IMG/VR virus record: IMGVR_UViG_3300045995_000154 | Reading direction: 5' to 3' (one strand) | DNA from: an uncultured virus (IMG/VR IMGVR_UViG_3300045995_000154) | Lineage: Duplodnaviria > Heunggongvirae > Uroviricota > Caudoviricetes | Length of the DNA stretch: 64,000 nt | In this document: positions 23,545 to 33,862 of the stretch, piece after piece | Position numbering within the stretch: the first letter of the stretch is position 1 | How the letters are laid out: each line of letters starts with the position of its first letter | Translations under genes and position numbers: made by a program | Notes under the pieces: model-generated | What the model saw: only the letters and a program-made list of their open reading frames with translations | The model's database searches: none | What the model was told of the DNA's origin: nothing

Positions 23545-24585
23545 TTAAGCTGATTGCTTACGGTTACGGATCATTGCAAGAATGTCGTCTGCAGACTTGG
23601 TAGTCTTAGCAGGAGCAGTTACCACTGGTGCGGTAGCTTCTGGTGCAGCATCATCTTCCCAAGGTTGGGATGGAGCAGCTTCTGCAACTGGTGCAGCCTT
23701 TGGTGCTGGACGAGCGATAGGAGCAGCTGGCTTAACGCTTGTGCCTGCACCTTCAGTCGTATCTTCAGCGCCAGCAGCGGCCTTGAAGTTGCTTGGCTTG
23801 AAGTATTTGGACCAGCGTTCTGCGTCGTACGGTTGACCGTCAACGGATGCTTCGAACATTTCCTTCATAACTTGCAACTCAACTTCGCCTGGCTTCTTAG
23901 GCAAGAATGTTGCCAAGTCGAAAAGACCGTGGGTTTCAATTGCTTCAGCTTCTTCCGAAGTCAAAGCAGTTTCCTTACGGGACCAGCTGGATGTGCTGTA
24001 GTCAGCGTAACCACCTTTAGAGGTCTTCTTAACTGTGAAGTCAAGACCTGCAACGTAGTCAGTTGGCAAGTTTTCCAATTCTGGGTCCATCAACGCGGTC
24101 TTAACCAAGTTGAAGATTTGTGGGCTGATCATGAAACGACGGATTGGGTTGCCGTCTGGACCCTTGTCGTCAGCGATTGGGTTTTCGTGCACGAAGCCTT
24201 GGAAGATGTAAGACTTCTTCTTCCAGTATTTGCGGCCCAATTCTTCCAAGTTAGGGTCCTTGAACCATGGGCGAACTTCTGCCAGGATAGGGCAAACGCT
24301 GCCGTCGTTATACATTTCGACGCAAGGGACTTGTACGCGAACAGGCTTGGAGTCTGCTTCGCCTTTGATACCAGCGAATGTCAAATTGATCATCGCCTTC
24401 TCTACCCAGAAGTAGGAGTTCTTCGAATTGCCGTCCGGCAAGAAACGAAGTCTGGCTTGTGTGCCTTCAGCGATATTCCAGTGGGGGTAAATTACGTTGT
24501 CACCAGCAAATTTGCCTTTGCCGCCTTGACCGTTTTGGGATTGCGCTTGTAGTTTAGCGCGGATTTCTGCGAGAGTAAGTGCCAT
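23545..24585 (-). CDS. gp32: Single-stranded DNA-binding protein (T4 gp32-like)
   Basis: RLRFLP, YWKKKSY, GYADYSTS, acidic tail. Confidence 0.88.
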   Translation of the reverse strand: MALTLAEIRAKLQAQSQNGQGGKGKFAGDNVIYPHWNIAEGTQARLRFLPDGNSKNSYFWVEKAMINLTFAGIKGEADSKPVRVQVPCVEMYNDGSVCPILAEVRPWFKDPNLEELGRKYWKKKSYIFQGFVHENPIADDKGPDGNPIRRFMISPQIFNLVKTALMDPELENLPTDYVAGLDFTVKKTSKGGYADYSTSSWSRKETALTSEEAEAIETHGLFDLATFLPKKPGEVELQVMKEMFEASVDGQPYDAERWSKYFKPSNFKAAAGAEDTTEGAGTSVKPAAPIARPAPKAAPVAEAAPSQPWEDDAAPEATAPVVTAPAKTTKSADDILAMIRNRKQSA

Positions 24586-24726
24586 GATAAATGATTCCTT
24601 ATATGTTAAATTTAAGTTGGTCTTAGTGTTTGCTTTGATACAAAGCACCACGCTATTTGCATAACGTAGTTCAGTGTAACATAATTATTTATCCTTCTGC
24701 GACAGATACGGCGATTTTTTACTCAA

Positions 24727-24753
24727 AATAAAAGGGCAGTTAGCCCTTTTATT
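24727..24753. terminator. Terminator-like hairpin
   Basis: AATAAAAGGGC..GCCCTTTTATT. Confidence 0.7.
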
Positions 24754-26266
24754 ATCGCTTGGTCATTCCTGCCAGATATCGAATCAGCGCCAGTGCGTCT
24801 GTACTTTCTGTGGGTATTGCCATTCCATTTGGGTCAGCAACTGGTGCTTGTCCGCCAGGTTGTGGCTGGCCTTGTTGTGGTTGCGGTGGCTGTTCTGGTT
24901 GTGGTGCAGGATCAGATTCTAGCTCTTCGTCTGGCATGTCTTGTTTTGGCTCGACTGGCTGTTGAGACAATTCTTCTTCAATGTTGTCAGCAATGTAGCT
25001 CATACCATTTTGGCGCATCCAATCCAAAACTGTTTGGCGTGCATCAGTTTCGGCACCCTCAGTGTTAGCTAAATCCGCCATGTGCTCACCTAGACTTTCG
25101 TCATCAAAGATTTGCTGTAGCGCCATTGTGGCATCCATACCATCCATACCAACCATTAATGGCTTTTCCATTATTTCCTTCAATGCATCCATTCTTTCGT
25201 CGTCGCCTTCGAAAGCGTCTTCAGTCACATTGTGTGCCCAGCTTTCAAACTGGTCGCCCATTGGTGTAGCGACGGACTCTTGTTGCTTCTTGTATGCACG
25301 GTACACATACGGTAACGCATCAGTAAACTTTTCGTTATACACTTTCTTTACAAAGCGTTCACGCAATTCATCAACATCGAACTCGTCTTCGATGTCTGAC
25401 TCAGGTTGATAGCTATCCCTAAACTCAGTATAACCGCGATGACCAGCTAAGTGGTGCAGCTTGTTTTTCAACTCGCTAAAATGTGACACCGCTGCGTCTG
25501 CCATTTGTGCTGTCTCAGCGTCCTCGAACTGACGACGTTTTGCTTCTCGAACAAAGTGGCGCATTGCACCCATCTCTGTTACCATTCCTTCAATGCTACG
25601 ACCAATGTCGTCAGCAATATCCCCGCCTTGGCTACAGTGCATCGCCATTGCTCTTGCGCCGTGTAAGTTTTTAAACGGTAGGAGGCGACGTTCACCTAAG
25701 TGATTGTCGAGATAAATTGCTTCAATGTTACGTGAACGAGCACCATGACGCTCTTCATCTACCGCTGTACTGTGCTTAACACGAATCTTAACAGGACCGC
25801 ATTCCTGGAAAGACATGGTTCGAGTACCATACATCTTGCTTTCCGAAACTGTACCTGTGTCGGAAACGTCTTGACCTGTAAACTTTGCATCTGCTTTAGA
25901 CTGTTGCTGTATGTCGCGCAAGTCCAATCCGCTCTTGTTAATGTCACGAGCGTCAAAGCTTAGGAAGTTTTGTTTTGCAAACTGGCGAATAATGCGCAAG
26001 AAGTTAAACCATTCATCTTGCTGTACATCGTCTAAGTTGTCTGTAATGTTCTTAGAAAAGTAAACTTTCAAGCTGTCACCGTCAACGATACTCATTGTTA
26101 CATTGCCGAAGTTTTCGCCGTCTTTAGCCACGTAGTCGAAGTTAAAGAAACGAGCCTTCTCTGGGTCGCTTGTACGTTTGGACTTTTCGTCGCCCAGATT
26201 CACGTTCTCAAATCGAGTACGGATCTTGTCAAATAAATTCTCTGCTACTTTGTCTAATTCGCGCAT
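24752..26266 (-). CDS. Hypothetical, probably head-associated protein
   Basis: 504 aa acidic, TAAATA upstream, next to terminase. Confidence 0.7.
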   Translation of the reverse strand: MRELDKVAENLFDKIRTRFENVNLGDEKSKRTSDPEKARFFNFDYVAKDGENFGNVTMSIVDGDSLKVYFSKNITDNLDDVQQDEWFNFLRIIRQFAKQNFLSFDARDINKSGLDLRDIQQQSKADAKFTGQDVSDTGTVSESKMYGTRTMSFQECGPVKIRVKHSTAVDEERHGARSRNIEAIYLDNHLGERRLLPFKNLHGARAMAMHCSQGGDIADDIGRSIEGMVTEMGAMRHFVREAKRRQFEDAETAQMADAAVSHFSELKNKLHHLAGHRGYTEFRDSYQPESDIEDEFDVDELRERFVKKVYNEKFTDALPYVYRAYKKQQESVATPMGDQFESWAHNVTEDAFEGDDERMDALKEIMEKPLMVGMDGMDATMALQQIFDDESLGEHMADLANTEGAETDARQTVLDWMRQNGMSYIADNIEEELSQQPVEPKQDMPDEELESDPAPQPEQPPQPQQGQPQPGGQAPVADPNGMAIPTESTDALALIRYLAGMTKR

Positions 26267-26295
26267 AGGTTAACCTGTGTAATAGTGTATTTAGC

Positions 26296-27879
26296 TTAGA
26301 AACCCGTTACCATAATGAAGGGCATTGGGTCAATGTAATCAGATGCATCGTTCATTCTATCGTCTAAGTCAGCATCAAAGCTTTGTAGTGCCTGTGTCAT
26401 GCGTATAGCTAAGAGCATCGACATAACCAAATCGTCCGTTTCACCCTCTTTAGCCTCGTATGAATTGCCCAATGCCACGAAGGTCTTAAGTTCTGAGATC
26501 AGTAACTTAGAGGCAACGTGAAGCTTCTTCTGTTCAATCAAGCTCTTCATCTTAGCACAACCAGCCAATTTAGACTTGTGTGTAGTGTTGAAGCCCTTGC
26601 GAGCACGTTTCTGTCCGGGCTTGCTTGGTTCAGTTAGGAAAATACCACGAATGTTCTCTTCCCCAACTTGAGCAATAGCCATTAGCGCAGCTTCACCAAG
26701 CGTATTGTTTTCCACGCTGTAGTAAATTTGATTCTCTGTTCCTGTGCACTCGTATAAATGTTGCACGATGTCTACCATAATTTGTGCCTGGCGTTGAATA
26801 GGAGTCTTGTTATGATTCCATTCGCCTATCTGCTTTAAGCTTGGTAACTCAAGAACTTGAATACCTGCAGGGTCACCACCAGTTCCAAGAGAAGGGTCCC
26901 AAGCTACTGCATACGTAGCATGTGGATCAGGTTTGCCATACCAACGCACTGTGCCTTGCCTTGACGTAGGTTCTATGCCTGCCATCTCAATCAATGTCAT
27001 TGAATTGATAAGCGTTTCATCATAGATCAAGAACTCGCAACCGTGTTCACGACGGAAACGTTCTTCTCCAATTCGTCCTATTTCATCAGCTTTCCACACT
27101 TCGTCACGGTCAGGATGTTCGTCCCAACGAGACTGGTATGCGCGGAATCCGTTCTTGCCAAGAGGTGTTTGAACTCCAAATTCATCAAACGTCTTGTTAG
27201 CTTGTTTCCAAATGGTCGCAAACTGGTCTTCGTCTGAGTTAGGTGTAGAAGTGATAATAGCTTTACCACCGGTTGACAGTGTAGGCGAAATGGACGTCCA
27301 GAATTCCTTCGCAATGCTTGGTCTAACGAACGCAAACTCGTCACAGTATAGGAGCGAGATAGACATACCCCGTCCTGTTGTTTCTGTCGTTGTTTGCGAT
27401 ACAATACGGGAGCCGTTTTCAAAGTCTATCGAGCCCTTGTTGTACGATGTAGCACCAGCGCGAATATGGTCTGGGCATAGCTCGTAAGCGTATCGAACAC
27501 GCTGCATAATTTCCTGTGCGCCTGTATATTTGTGTGCGGCTATCAAAATCGTACTATCTGGCACAAACATTGCGTACCATAATAAATACCCGGCAGCACT
27601 GGTGGATTTGCCAGTCTGACGTGGCATTAAACTGATAGAGAATCGATAACTGTTATACGTGTCGATTAACTTCTTTTGATACTCATAAGGATGGTACAGC
27701 ATCTTACCCTTTGTTGGGTGTTGGATATAAAAGAAATTATCCATGAAATACGCAGGCCCTGTAATCGGATCTGAACATAACGCAAATTCTTGAATTTGCT
27801 GCTCAGTCCACAACACCGACTTATACGGTGTCTTTACAATCGCTTGTGGATCTAATGGTTTTTTAGGTATTTGGCTCAT
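26296..27879 (-). CDS. gp17: Terminase large subunit (T4 gp17-like)
   Basis: YEYQ, PRQTGKS, YCDEFAF, STPNS, TDDLVMS. Confidence 0.96.
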   Translation of the reverse strand: MSQIPKKPLDPQAIVKTPYKSVLWTEQQIQEFALCSDPITGPAYFMDNFFYIQHPTKGKMLYHPYEYQKKLIDTYNSYRFSISLMPRQTGKSTSAAGYLLWYAMFVPDSTILIAAHKYTGAQEIMQRVRYAYELCPDHIRAGATSYNKGSIDFENGSRIVSQTTTETTGRGMSISLLYCDEFAFVRPSIAKEFWTSISPTLSTGGKAIITSTPNSDEDQFATIWKQANKTFDEFGVQTPLGKNGFRAYQSRWDEHPDRDEVWKADEIGRIGEERFRREHGCEFLIYDETLINSMTLIEMAGIEPTSRQGTVRWYGKPDPHATYAVAWDPSLGTGGDPAGIQVLELPSLKQIGEWNHNKTPIQRQAQIMVDIVQHLYECTGTENQIYYSVENNTLGEAALMAIAQVGEENIRGIFLTEPSKPGQKRARKGFNTTHKSKLAGCAKMKSLIEQKKLHVASKLLISELKTFVALGNSYEAKEGETDDLVMSMLLAIRMTQALQSFDADLDDRMNDASDYIDPMPFIMVTGF

Positions 27880-27965
27880 AACTGTATTTAACAGTTTTCA
27901 GCCATTTGACTTGATAATCTTTTTAATGTACACTGATACCATGTAAACCTTAGAGTACATCGAAA

Positions 27966-28505
27966 ATGGAACAAACTTTAATCTTAAACCGGGACTTTAA
28001 CCCAATCTCAATCTTACCTTTGAGCGTAATTGACTGGCAGCACGCCATCAAGTTATTCTTCTTGGATCGTGTTGAAATTTTGGAAACATATCCAGGGCGA
28101 GTCATTCGCAGTGAAAAACTTGAGATCGAAATTCCGGCGGTTGTAATGACTAAGGAATACTTCAACTTCAAGAAGAGTGTAAAGTTCTCCAAGCACAACC
28201 TGTTCTTGCGTGACCTGTACACTTGCCAATACTGCGGTGAAATGTTCCGCGAAGCTGACTTGACTAACGACCACGTGATTCCTCGTGTGGCTGGTGGTAA
28301 GACTACTTGGGAAAACTGCGTTGCAGCTTGCAAGGTTTGTAACTCTAAAAAGGGTCACAAGCTTATGAAGCCTATCCGTATGCCTTTCAAGCCAGACTAC
28401 TACAGCTTGGTCAAGCAATGGAAGCAACGTGCACAACCATTCCACATTTCACACGAATCGTGGAACCGCTACTTGGGCTTAACTGCTAAGGTAGCGAACG
28501 GTTAG
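27966..28505 (+). CDS. HNH endonuclease
   Basis: RDLYTCQYCG..DHVIP..GG.TTWENCVAACKVCN; sigma70 promoter at 27907-27935. Confidence 0.92.
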   Translation: MEQTLILNRDFNPISILPLSVIDWQHAIKLFFLDRVEILETYPGRVIRSEKLEIEIPAVVMTKEYFNFKKSVKFSKHNLFLRDLYTCQYCGEMFREADLTNDHVIPRVAGGKTTWENCVAACKVCNSKKGHKLMKPIRMPFKPDYYSLVKQWKQRAQPFHISHESWNRYLGLTAKVANG

Positions 28506-29266
28506 CGGAATGTATTGAGGGACGGGTTATACTGTTTAATCAGTTCCGTCTCTCTTGCGTGAGCAGGCTTCTTGCCCCGTACGACTTCGAGTAGCCCGTA
28601 AGTGAAAGCTTCCGGGCCGTACTCACGAATGGACTTGCATAGTCCCCAATCTTTTTCCTCTACTCGTGCTCGCTGCGCATGTTTTTGCATACGCACCCAC
28701 AGAGCTTTTTTCAAGTTTGGGCGACCTGCGGTGATGCCTATGTATTGCTCACCTGTGATAATGTTTGTTATAACGTAAATGCCATGATTTACGTCTTGGC
28801 GCTTCTTGCGCTTTTTAATGATCTCTGGGTCAACTGCTTCATTTGTTGAGCCACCTGCATCTGTAGGGTCAGTTGGTTTGGACATTAGTGTATTGTGAAT
28901 CTCGTCCATCCCTAGCTTTTCATTCTTCTCAAAATCGTCTGCTGTTAGGTTGTCCTTCTGCGAGAACCATAAACGGAACCATTCATCAGTTCCGGGGACT
29001 AAGTTCTTTTCTCTTTCAATTTTGCGCTTGTCAAGATTGCCACCTGTAGTGCCAACTGGTGACTTGATGCCCCACGGATTGTCTCCCGCGGGTGCCATTG
29101 GGTTTTGCTGATTGGTGTCTTGTAACCCCATTTGCGAGTTGACATTCTCACCCAATGCAGGCAAGCCCGCTAAACGACGAAGGTCAGCCATATCACGTGC
29201 ATCCATAAACGCATCTGGATCTAACGTTTCGCCTGGCGATACAAAATCAGCAGAACGTAAACGCAT
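28502..29266 (-). CDS. Hypothetical N-terminus fused to a GIY-YIG domain
   Basis: GIYVITN..GEQYIG..R..H..E..YNPSLN. Confidence 0.8.
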   Translation of the reverse strand: MRLRSADFVSPGETLDPDAFMDARDMADLRRLAGLPALGENVNSQMGLQDTNQQNPMAPAGDNPWGIKSPVGTTGGNLDKRKIEREKNLVPGTDEWFRLWFSQKDNLTADDFEKNEKLGMDEIHNTLMSKPTDPTDAGGSTNEAVDPEIIKKRKKRQDVNHGIYVITNIITGEQYIGITAGRPNLKKALWVRMQKHAQRARVEEKDWGLCKSIREYGPEAFTYGLLEVVRGKKPAHARETELIKQYNPSLNTFR

Positions 29267-29649
29267 TAGACACCGTACTTGTTTTTCTTGCGTGGAGCGA
29301 CGATACTTTGTTTGTTAGTATCTTCCATCTCCCTGGACTTGCGGTCAGACGCAGTAGTTTGATACTCTGAGTCAATTGTCGCAAATGCTGCATCCATCAT
29401 GTTGTGTTCTTCATCTGTGTAAGGGCGAGCAACGTTGTACTTCTCTACCCAAGATGCTTGATCCATGTCTACTGCTTTTTTAGACTTACCGTCTGCCATT
29501 GCAGTAGCCATCATAATGCGGTGCAAGTGATATGTACGATCATATCCACCTACGTCACGGAAGCGCACCTCCCCTTTACCCGCTGTTGCTGGTACAAGAG
29601 GTTGAGTGCCTTCTTTGCCTTCAGTAACGATAATCTCGTTAATTTTCAT
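29266..29649 (-). CDS. Hypothetical protein
   Basis: MKINEII start, coupled ORF. Confidence 0.75.
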   Translation of the reverse strand: MKINEIIVTEGKEGTQPLVPATAGKGEVRFRDVGGYDRTYHLHRIMMATAMADGKSKKAVDMDQASWVEKYNVARPYTDEEHNMMDAAFATIDSEYQTTASDRKSREMEDTNKQSIVAPRKKNKYGV

Positions 29650-29650
29650 A

Positions 29651-32233
29651 TTACTTCTTGATCTTCATTGCTTGGTATTCAGCCATCAAATCACGACCCA
29701 TGGACTGCACTGGGTCCGTGGATTCTTTGGCTACATTACGGTCCACTGAACGGTTAAATGTCTCAGCATCCTTTGCAGCATTAGGCAAGTTGTTTGCGTT
29801 AGTAAAACGTGCTTGCGCAGCATGACCACGCATTATACCGCCTTTGTTTGGGCCCCCAGCAATCTTACCAATTGCTTTCATAACACCTGTACCGCGGCGA
29901 TCAGCTTTCATATCGTCTGGTTCATGTGCACGTTGGTCATTTGCCTTCTTAGCATACGATCCCAATGTGTTCTTGCTCAACTCGTCAACTTGCTCTTCGT
30001 TTGTTTGCTCGCCATTAGCTCGCTTTAGGCCTTGCTTACGCTTGTGCATATGCGCCCAGGCGTCGTGTTCGTCTTGTGAGTCCTGATAGTTCCAGCCATC
30101 TTCTTTGTTGTTTTTGTCGTGGCGTGCTTGTACATTATTTAAGTCAGCGGTTGCTGCTTTTCTATATGCACCAACTGTCTTGCGGGAGATCTCGTCAACT
30201 TGCTCTGCTTCGGACATTGGGTTGTTACCTGGTGCACGTAATGGGAAGTTTTGTCTCTTCTGGCGATTCATATCGTCACCAGCGGAAGTGATCTTCTCTA
30301 CGCTTTGGTACTGTGGTGCTGGTTCGTTAGCATACTCTTCTTCCATTTCCATTTCGCCAGAGCCGTCATCCATAGACATTTCATCGCCCATGTGCTCGTC
30401 ACCTTGTGCTGCAATGATAACTTCTTGCTCTGCCGCAGCATCGCTACCACCCATACCAGCGTTCTTCAACATGTCAAGTAATGCTACGGCTGCTTCGCCG
30501 TCTGCTGTTACTGTGATGCTCTTTGTGCCATCGCTGCTTTGGTTAGTGGAGATGTTCATCTTATCTTCTTGGCTTTCGTCGCCCATCATCTCACTGCTTC
30601 CCATTACAGAAACAGATTCAGTAGTGATACCAGCTAAACGTGCTAAGTCGTCTAAGTCTTTAGTGCCGTTGTTTTTAGCTAGGTTGCGTGGGTCAGAGAT
30701 GCTGTCTGGGCGTGGGCCCAACACTTGGTCCAACTTTAATGGGAAGCGGCTCTCACCGTTCTTACCTTGCATCTGGCGCTGGTATGCAGGTACATCAACA
30801 GGATTAACTGGATCAATTGCTTCGTCCATTGCAGGATTGTCTTGATCAAAACGTTCTGCTACCCATTCAAACGGGTCACCAGTACGTGCTTTAGCTACGC
30901 CGTAAGGCATTTCGCCTGCGTTCAAATAGTAATCAAACAATGCCTCATATAAATCATCGTCCATGTCGCCGCCAGCTTGGAAGTTCTTTACTTCGTGTTT
31001 GAAGCGATTCAAGATATGTTCAAACGCATCTTGGCCACCAGCAGATTCTGCTAAGTAAGCTTTAAAATTAGATTTAGGTTGTACACTTTCAGTAACCGCT
31101 GCCTTACGGTTGATCTTGCTGTCACCCATGTTGCGCTTGCCGCCTGTGCTTTGGTCGTACCAATCAGCTGGACTGCTTGCTGCTGGGCCAGATGGGCGCA
31201 CTGCGCCTGGTGGCTTAGAGGATGGTGGCTTGATAGGTGCGGGACCTTGGCGCACTGTTGTGAAACGTGGTGTACCGTCTTTGTTCTTCATACCGCGAGC
31301 CATGTTAGCGAAATCATCGCCTAAGCCTTCGTCAAATTCACCAGTGTCTACTGCGTTAGGGTTCTTTACTGTGCCAGTGTCTTTAATCTTGTGTACGGAA
31401 CCTTTTTTGCCTGGCAAGCTATCACCTGTTGGCTGTGGGCCAAACAAGAAGCGGTGTAAGCCTAGTGTGCCTTGTGGTGCACTGTTATCTGCGCCTGGTG
31501 CTGCAACTGGAGTCTTGCGTGGGCGGCCGCGACCTTGTGGTACCCCACCGTTCTTCTCTGCACGGGCTGCGGCTGCTTGGCGCTTTAACTCACCAGCTAA
31601 ATTCTTTGGACGACCACGGCCACGAGCAACTTGGCCTGCTGGCAATGCCATTGGCGCTTCGTCGTCTACCTTGTTACCATAGCCACCACGGCCAGCACGG
31701 TGAATGCGACCAGTGTCTGTGTCTTGTGTGGAATCGCCATCATCTGGGCGGTCGTACCATTGGATATCGTCGCCAGCTGCTTCGTTAGTTTTCTTATCGT
31801 CTTTCTTATCGGACATGCTCTTACGCATTTCAGCTTTGCCCTTGCCGTACTTCTTCTTGAAGTCTGCGTCAGAGAAACTACTGTCTTTTAAATCAGCATC
31901 CATCTCAGACATCTTGCCTTCGTCAACTTTATCCTTCTTAGCCTTAGCTTCTTGCTTTTTCTTCTTATCTGCTGCAAGTTTCTTAGTTGCTTCTGCTGCT
32001 TCGCGTTTTGCACGAGCACGAGCTACGTCTTGCGCAGGAGACGATTCTGCAACTTTGTGTGCAGCAAATGCTTCGCTTAGTTTCTTCTCAACGCCCTTGA
32101 CGCCGCCCATAATGCTACCCTTAGCTTCAACGCTTTCGTAGATCTTCTGTGCTTGCTGCTTAGGTGTAGCTACTTCTGCTGGCTTAGTAGCGTTGTTGAA
32201 TGCTGCTAAAATGTTGTATATATTGTTAGACAT
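29651..32233 (-). CDS. Large prohead-core/internal-protein-like protein with AT-hook motifs
   Basis: GRGRPK, GRGRPRK; EQVDE(I/L)S repeats. Confidence 0.65.
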   Translation of the reverse strand: MSNNIYNILAAFNNATKPAEVATPKQQAQKIYESVEAKGSIMGGVKGVEKKLSEAFAAHKVAESSPAQDVARARAKREAAEATKKLAADKKKKQEAKAKKDKVDEGKMSEMDADLKDSSFSDADFKKKYGKGKAEMRKSMSDKKDDKKTNEAAGDDIQWYDRPDDGDSTQDTDTGRIHRAGRGGYGNKVDDEAPMALPAGQVARGRGRPKNLAGELKRQAAAARAEKNGGVPQGRGRPRKTPVAAPGADNSAPQGTLGLHRFLFGPQPTGDSLPGKKGSVHKIKDTGTVKNPNAVDTGEFDEGLGDDFANMARGMKNKDGTPRFTTVRQGPAPIKPPSSKPPGAVRPSGPAASSPADWYDQSTGGKRNMGDSKINRKAAVTESVQPKSNFKAYLAESAGGQDAFEHILNRFKHEVKNFQAGGDMDDDLYEALFDYYLNAGEMPYGVAKARTGDPFEWVAERFDQDNPAMDEAIDPVNPVDVPAYQRQMQGKNGESRFPLKLDQVLGPRPDSISDPRNLAKNNGTKDLDDLARLAGITTESVSVMGSSEMMGDESQEDKMNISTNQSSDGTKSITVTADGEAAVALLDMLKNAGMGGSDAAAEQEVIIAAQGDEHMGDEMSMDDGSGEMEMEEEYANEPAPQYQSVEKITSAGDDMNRQKRQNFPLRAPGNNPMSEAEQVDEISRKTVGAYRKAATADLNNVQARHDKNNKEDGWNYQDSQDEHDAWAHMHKRKQGLKRANGEQTNEEQVDELSKNTLGSYAKKANDQRAHEPDDMKADRRGTGVMKAIGKIAGGPNKGGIMRGHAAQARFTNANNLPNAAKDAETFNRSVDRNVAKESTDPVQSMGRDLMAEYQAMKIKK

Positions 32234-32817
32234 TATTTCTTACCTTTAAATGGGCTAGGGAGTTTGTTTTGTGTAGACCCAAGTGGGCTCTTTGTGTCTG
32301 CTGGTGCTGCGGCTTTTTGTGCGGCAGGACGAGTTTCAATACCAGGGGCTTTGCCCTTAGTCAATTCTTTTAACATGCTGTCAGTACGGGCTTGCCCAAC
32401 ACGTTCTTGTCCGCCTTCATCAGCAGCCAAGTTAGGGTCAAGTAAACGGGAACCCTTAACGTCTTTACCACGGGCTTCGTCCATCTCGTTGCGGTCGTCT
32501 TCCGCCTTAGTGTATACGCATACGCACTCAGGGTTAACGCCGGCACGTTCACGGATCATTTGGCGAAGCAATGCTGTTGTCGTTGGATACTTAACTGTTA
32601 CCTCAAACACCCAAGCTTCGCATGGGCCCATCTTAGGGAAGTCACGGTGTTCTTGGATTGGGATGGAACGAGCGGTAGAGATAGTGTCTACTTCGTATAC
32701 ATCAAGAGCATTCTTGATACGCTCCATTACTGCGCCTTTTGGGTTTACACCCGCAATCTTAACACGGTACTCGTAAGTCGTGTTAAGCTGAAATATATAT
32801 TCTTGGAGATTTTGCAT
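32233..32817 (-). CDS. Hypothetical late protein
   Basis: TAAATA upstream. Confidence 0.75.
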   Translation of the reverse strand: MQNLQEYIFQLNTTYEYRVKIAGVNPKGAVMERIKNALDVYEVDTISTARSIPIQEHRDFPKMGPCEAWVFEVTVKYPTTTALLRQMIRERAGVNPECVCVYTKAEDDRNEMDEARGKDVKGSRLLDPNLAADEGGQERVGQARTDSMLKELTKGKAPGIETRPAAQKAAAPADTKSPLGSTQNKLPSPFKGKK

Positions 32818-32853
32818 GTTGGGTTCCTATTACATATTTAGTAATAAATGACT

Positions 32854-33393
32854 TTATTCCGCCTTGGGCTTGTTACGCTTGAGAATTTCTGCAAGTAATG
32901 CATTACGATCAAGCACCATGCCCTTGCCATCAATAGGATCTTCAACTTCTGCACCCTCTTTAACTGCTTTAGCGTCTTTAAGGATTTGGTGATCTAATCT
33001 AGCTTTTTGCAACTGCAAACTAATCATTCGCAATTTCTTGTCCATTTTGGCTGTTTTAGCTGTAACTGCGTGTCCTAATAGTACGGATGCTGTTTGGAAG
33101 ATGGGCCCAGCAAAGCGTGGATCAATGTTCATACCTAAGTCTAGTAAGTCTGTTGCCTTGTCCTTAGCCAAGGTAGACAGCTCGTCTAAGTCAACGTCTG
33201 ATTGATCTAAGTCTGATACAAATGGTAACGCCAAATCAATTTTATCAATAGCCTCGTTTACATTGGCAATCATGTCTTGATTAGCTTCTATTGTATCCAT
33301 CGTGTCTTGGGACACTGGTTGTTCGTCTGGATCTTTGAAATGGCCGCCTGGAAGGTCTGGCAGGTTGAGTAATTCACCGAGTTTTTTAGTCAT
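32854..33393 (-). CDS. Putative terminase small subunit
   Basis: Helical 179 aa in the head-gene cluster; C-terminal DRNALLAEI. Confidence 0.45.
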   Translation of the reverse strand: MTKKLGELLNLPDLPGGHFKDPDEQPVSQDTMDTIEANQDMIANVNEAIDKIDLALPFVSDLDQSDVDLDELSTLAKDKATDLLDLGMNIDPRFAGPIFQTASVLLGHAVTAKTAKMDKKLRMISLQLQKARLDHQILKDAKAVKEGAEVEDPIDGKGMVLDRNALLAEILKRNKPKAE

Positions 33394-33698
33394 AATGTTT
33401 CGAGGTAGTCTTCAATTTCGTTATTTAACAATACAAAATCATCAAATGTCTCTTCAACGTCTCGATCGTCGATATTATCCTGCCACATAGAGTCACTGAC
33501 AATAATCGTAATTTCTCGTTGAATCTTACGGAGTAAGTATATTAGTCTTGCTTTAACTTGATCGTTATTGTTGGCAATATAGTATGTAACACTATCGCGA
33601 AAGTAATCAGTCAAGCTCTGCAATGACGTTCCGAATTTTGCATTTATCAATTGGGTCAAATCTATTTTAGCTTCGAATATTATTTCATTTATTCGCAT
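33390..33698 (-). CDS. Hypothetical protein
   Basis: AT-rich ORF, MRINEII start. Confidence 0.65.
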   Translation of the reverse strand: MRINEIIFEAKIDLTQLINAKFGTSLQSLTDYFRDSVTYYIANNNDQVKARLIYLLRKIQREITIIVSDSMWQDNIDDRDVEETFDDFVLLNNEIEDYLETL

Positions 33699-33852
33699 TC
33701 TTTAACCATTCTAGCAATTTTTCTAACGTCTGTGGTGCGTCAGGAAATTTTTGAGCTATACTATCTTCTTTCAACAGTTGATCAGGAATTTCTGGCTTTG
33801 GCTGCCCGATTACCCATAATGGAAGTCTTCTAGATTCGAGTTTTTTAGTCAT
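33685..33852 (-). CDS. Small protein (55 aa) starting MTKKL
   Basis: Read by eye; follows TAAATA and AAGG. Confidence 0.5.
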   Translation of the reverse strand: MTKKLESRRLPLWVIGQPKPEIPDQLLKEDSIAQKFPDAPQTLEKLLEWLKNANK

Positions 33853-33862
33853 ACCTTATTTA

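Noticed and set aside
23554..24552. 332-aa plus-strand ORF
   Set aside because: Antisense shadow of gp32 caused by codon bias
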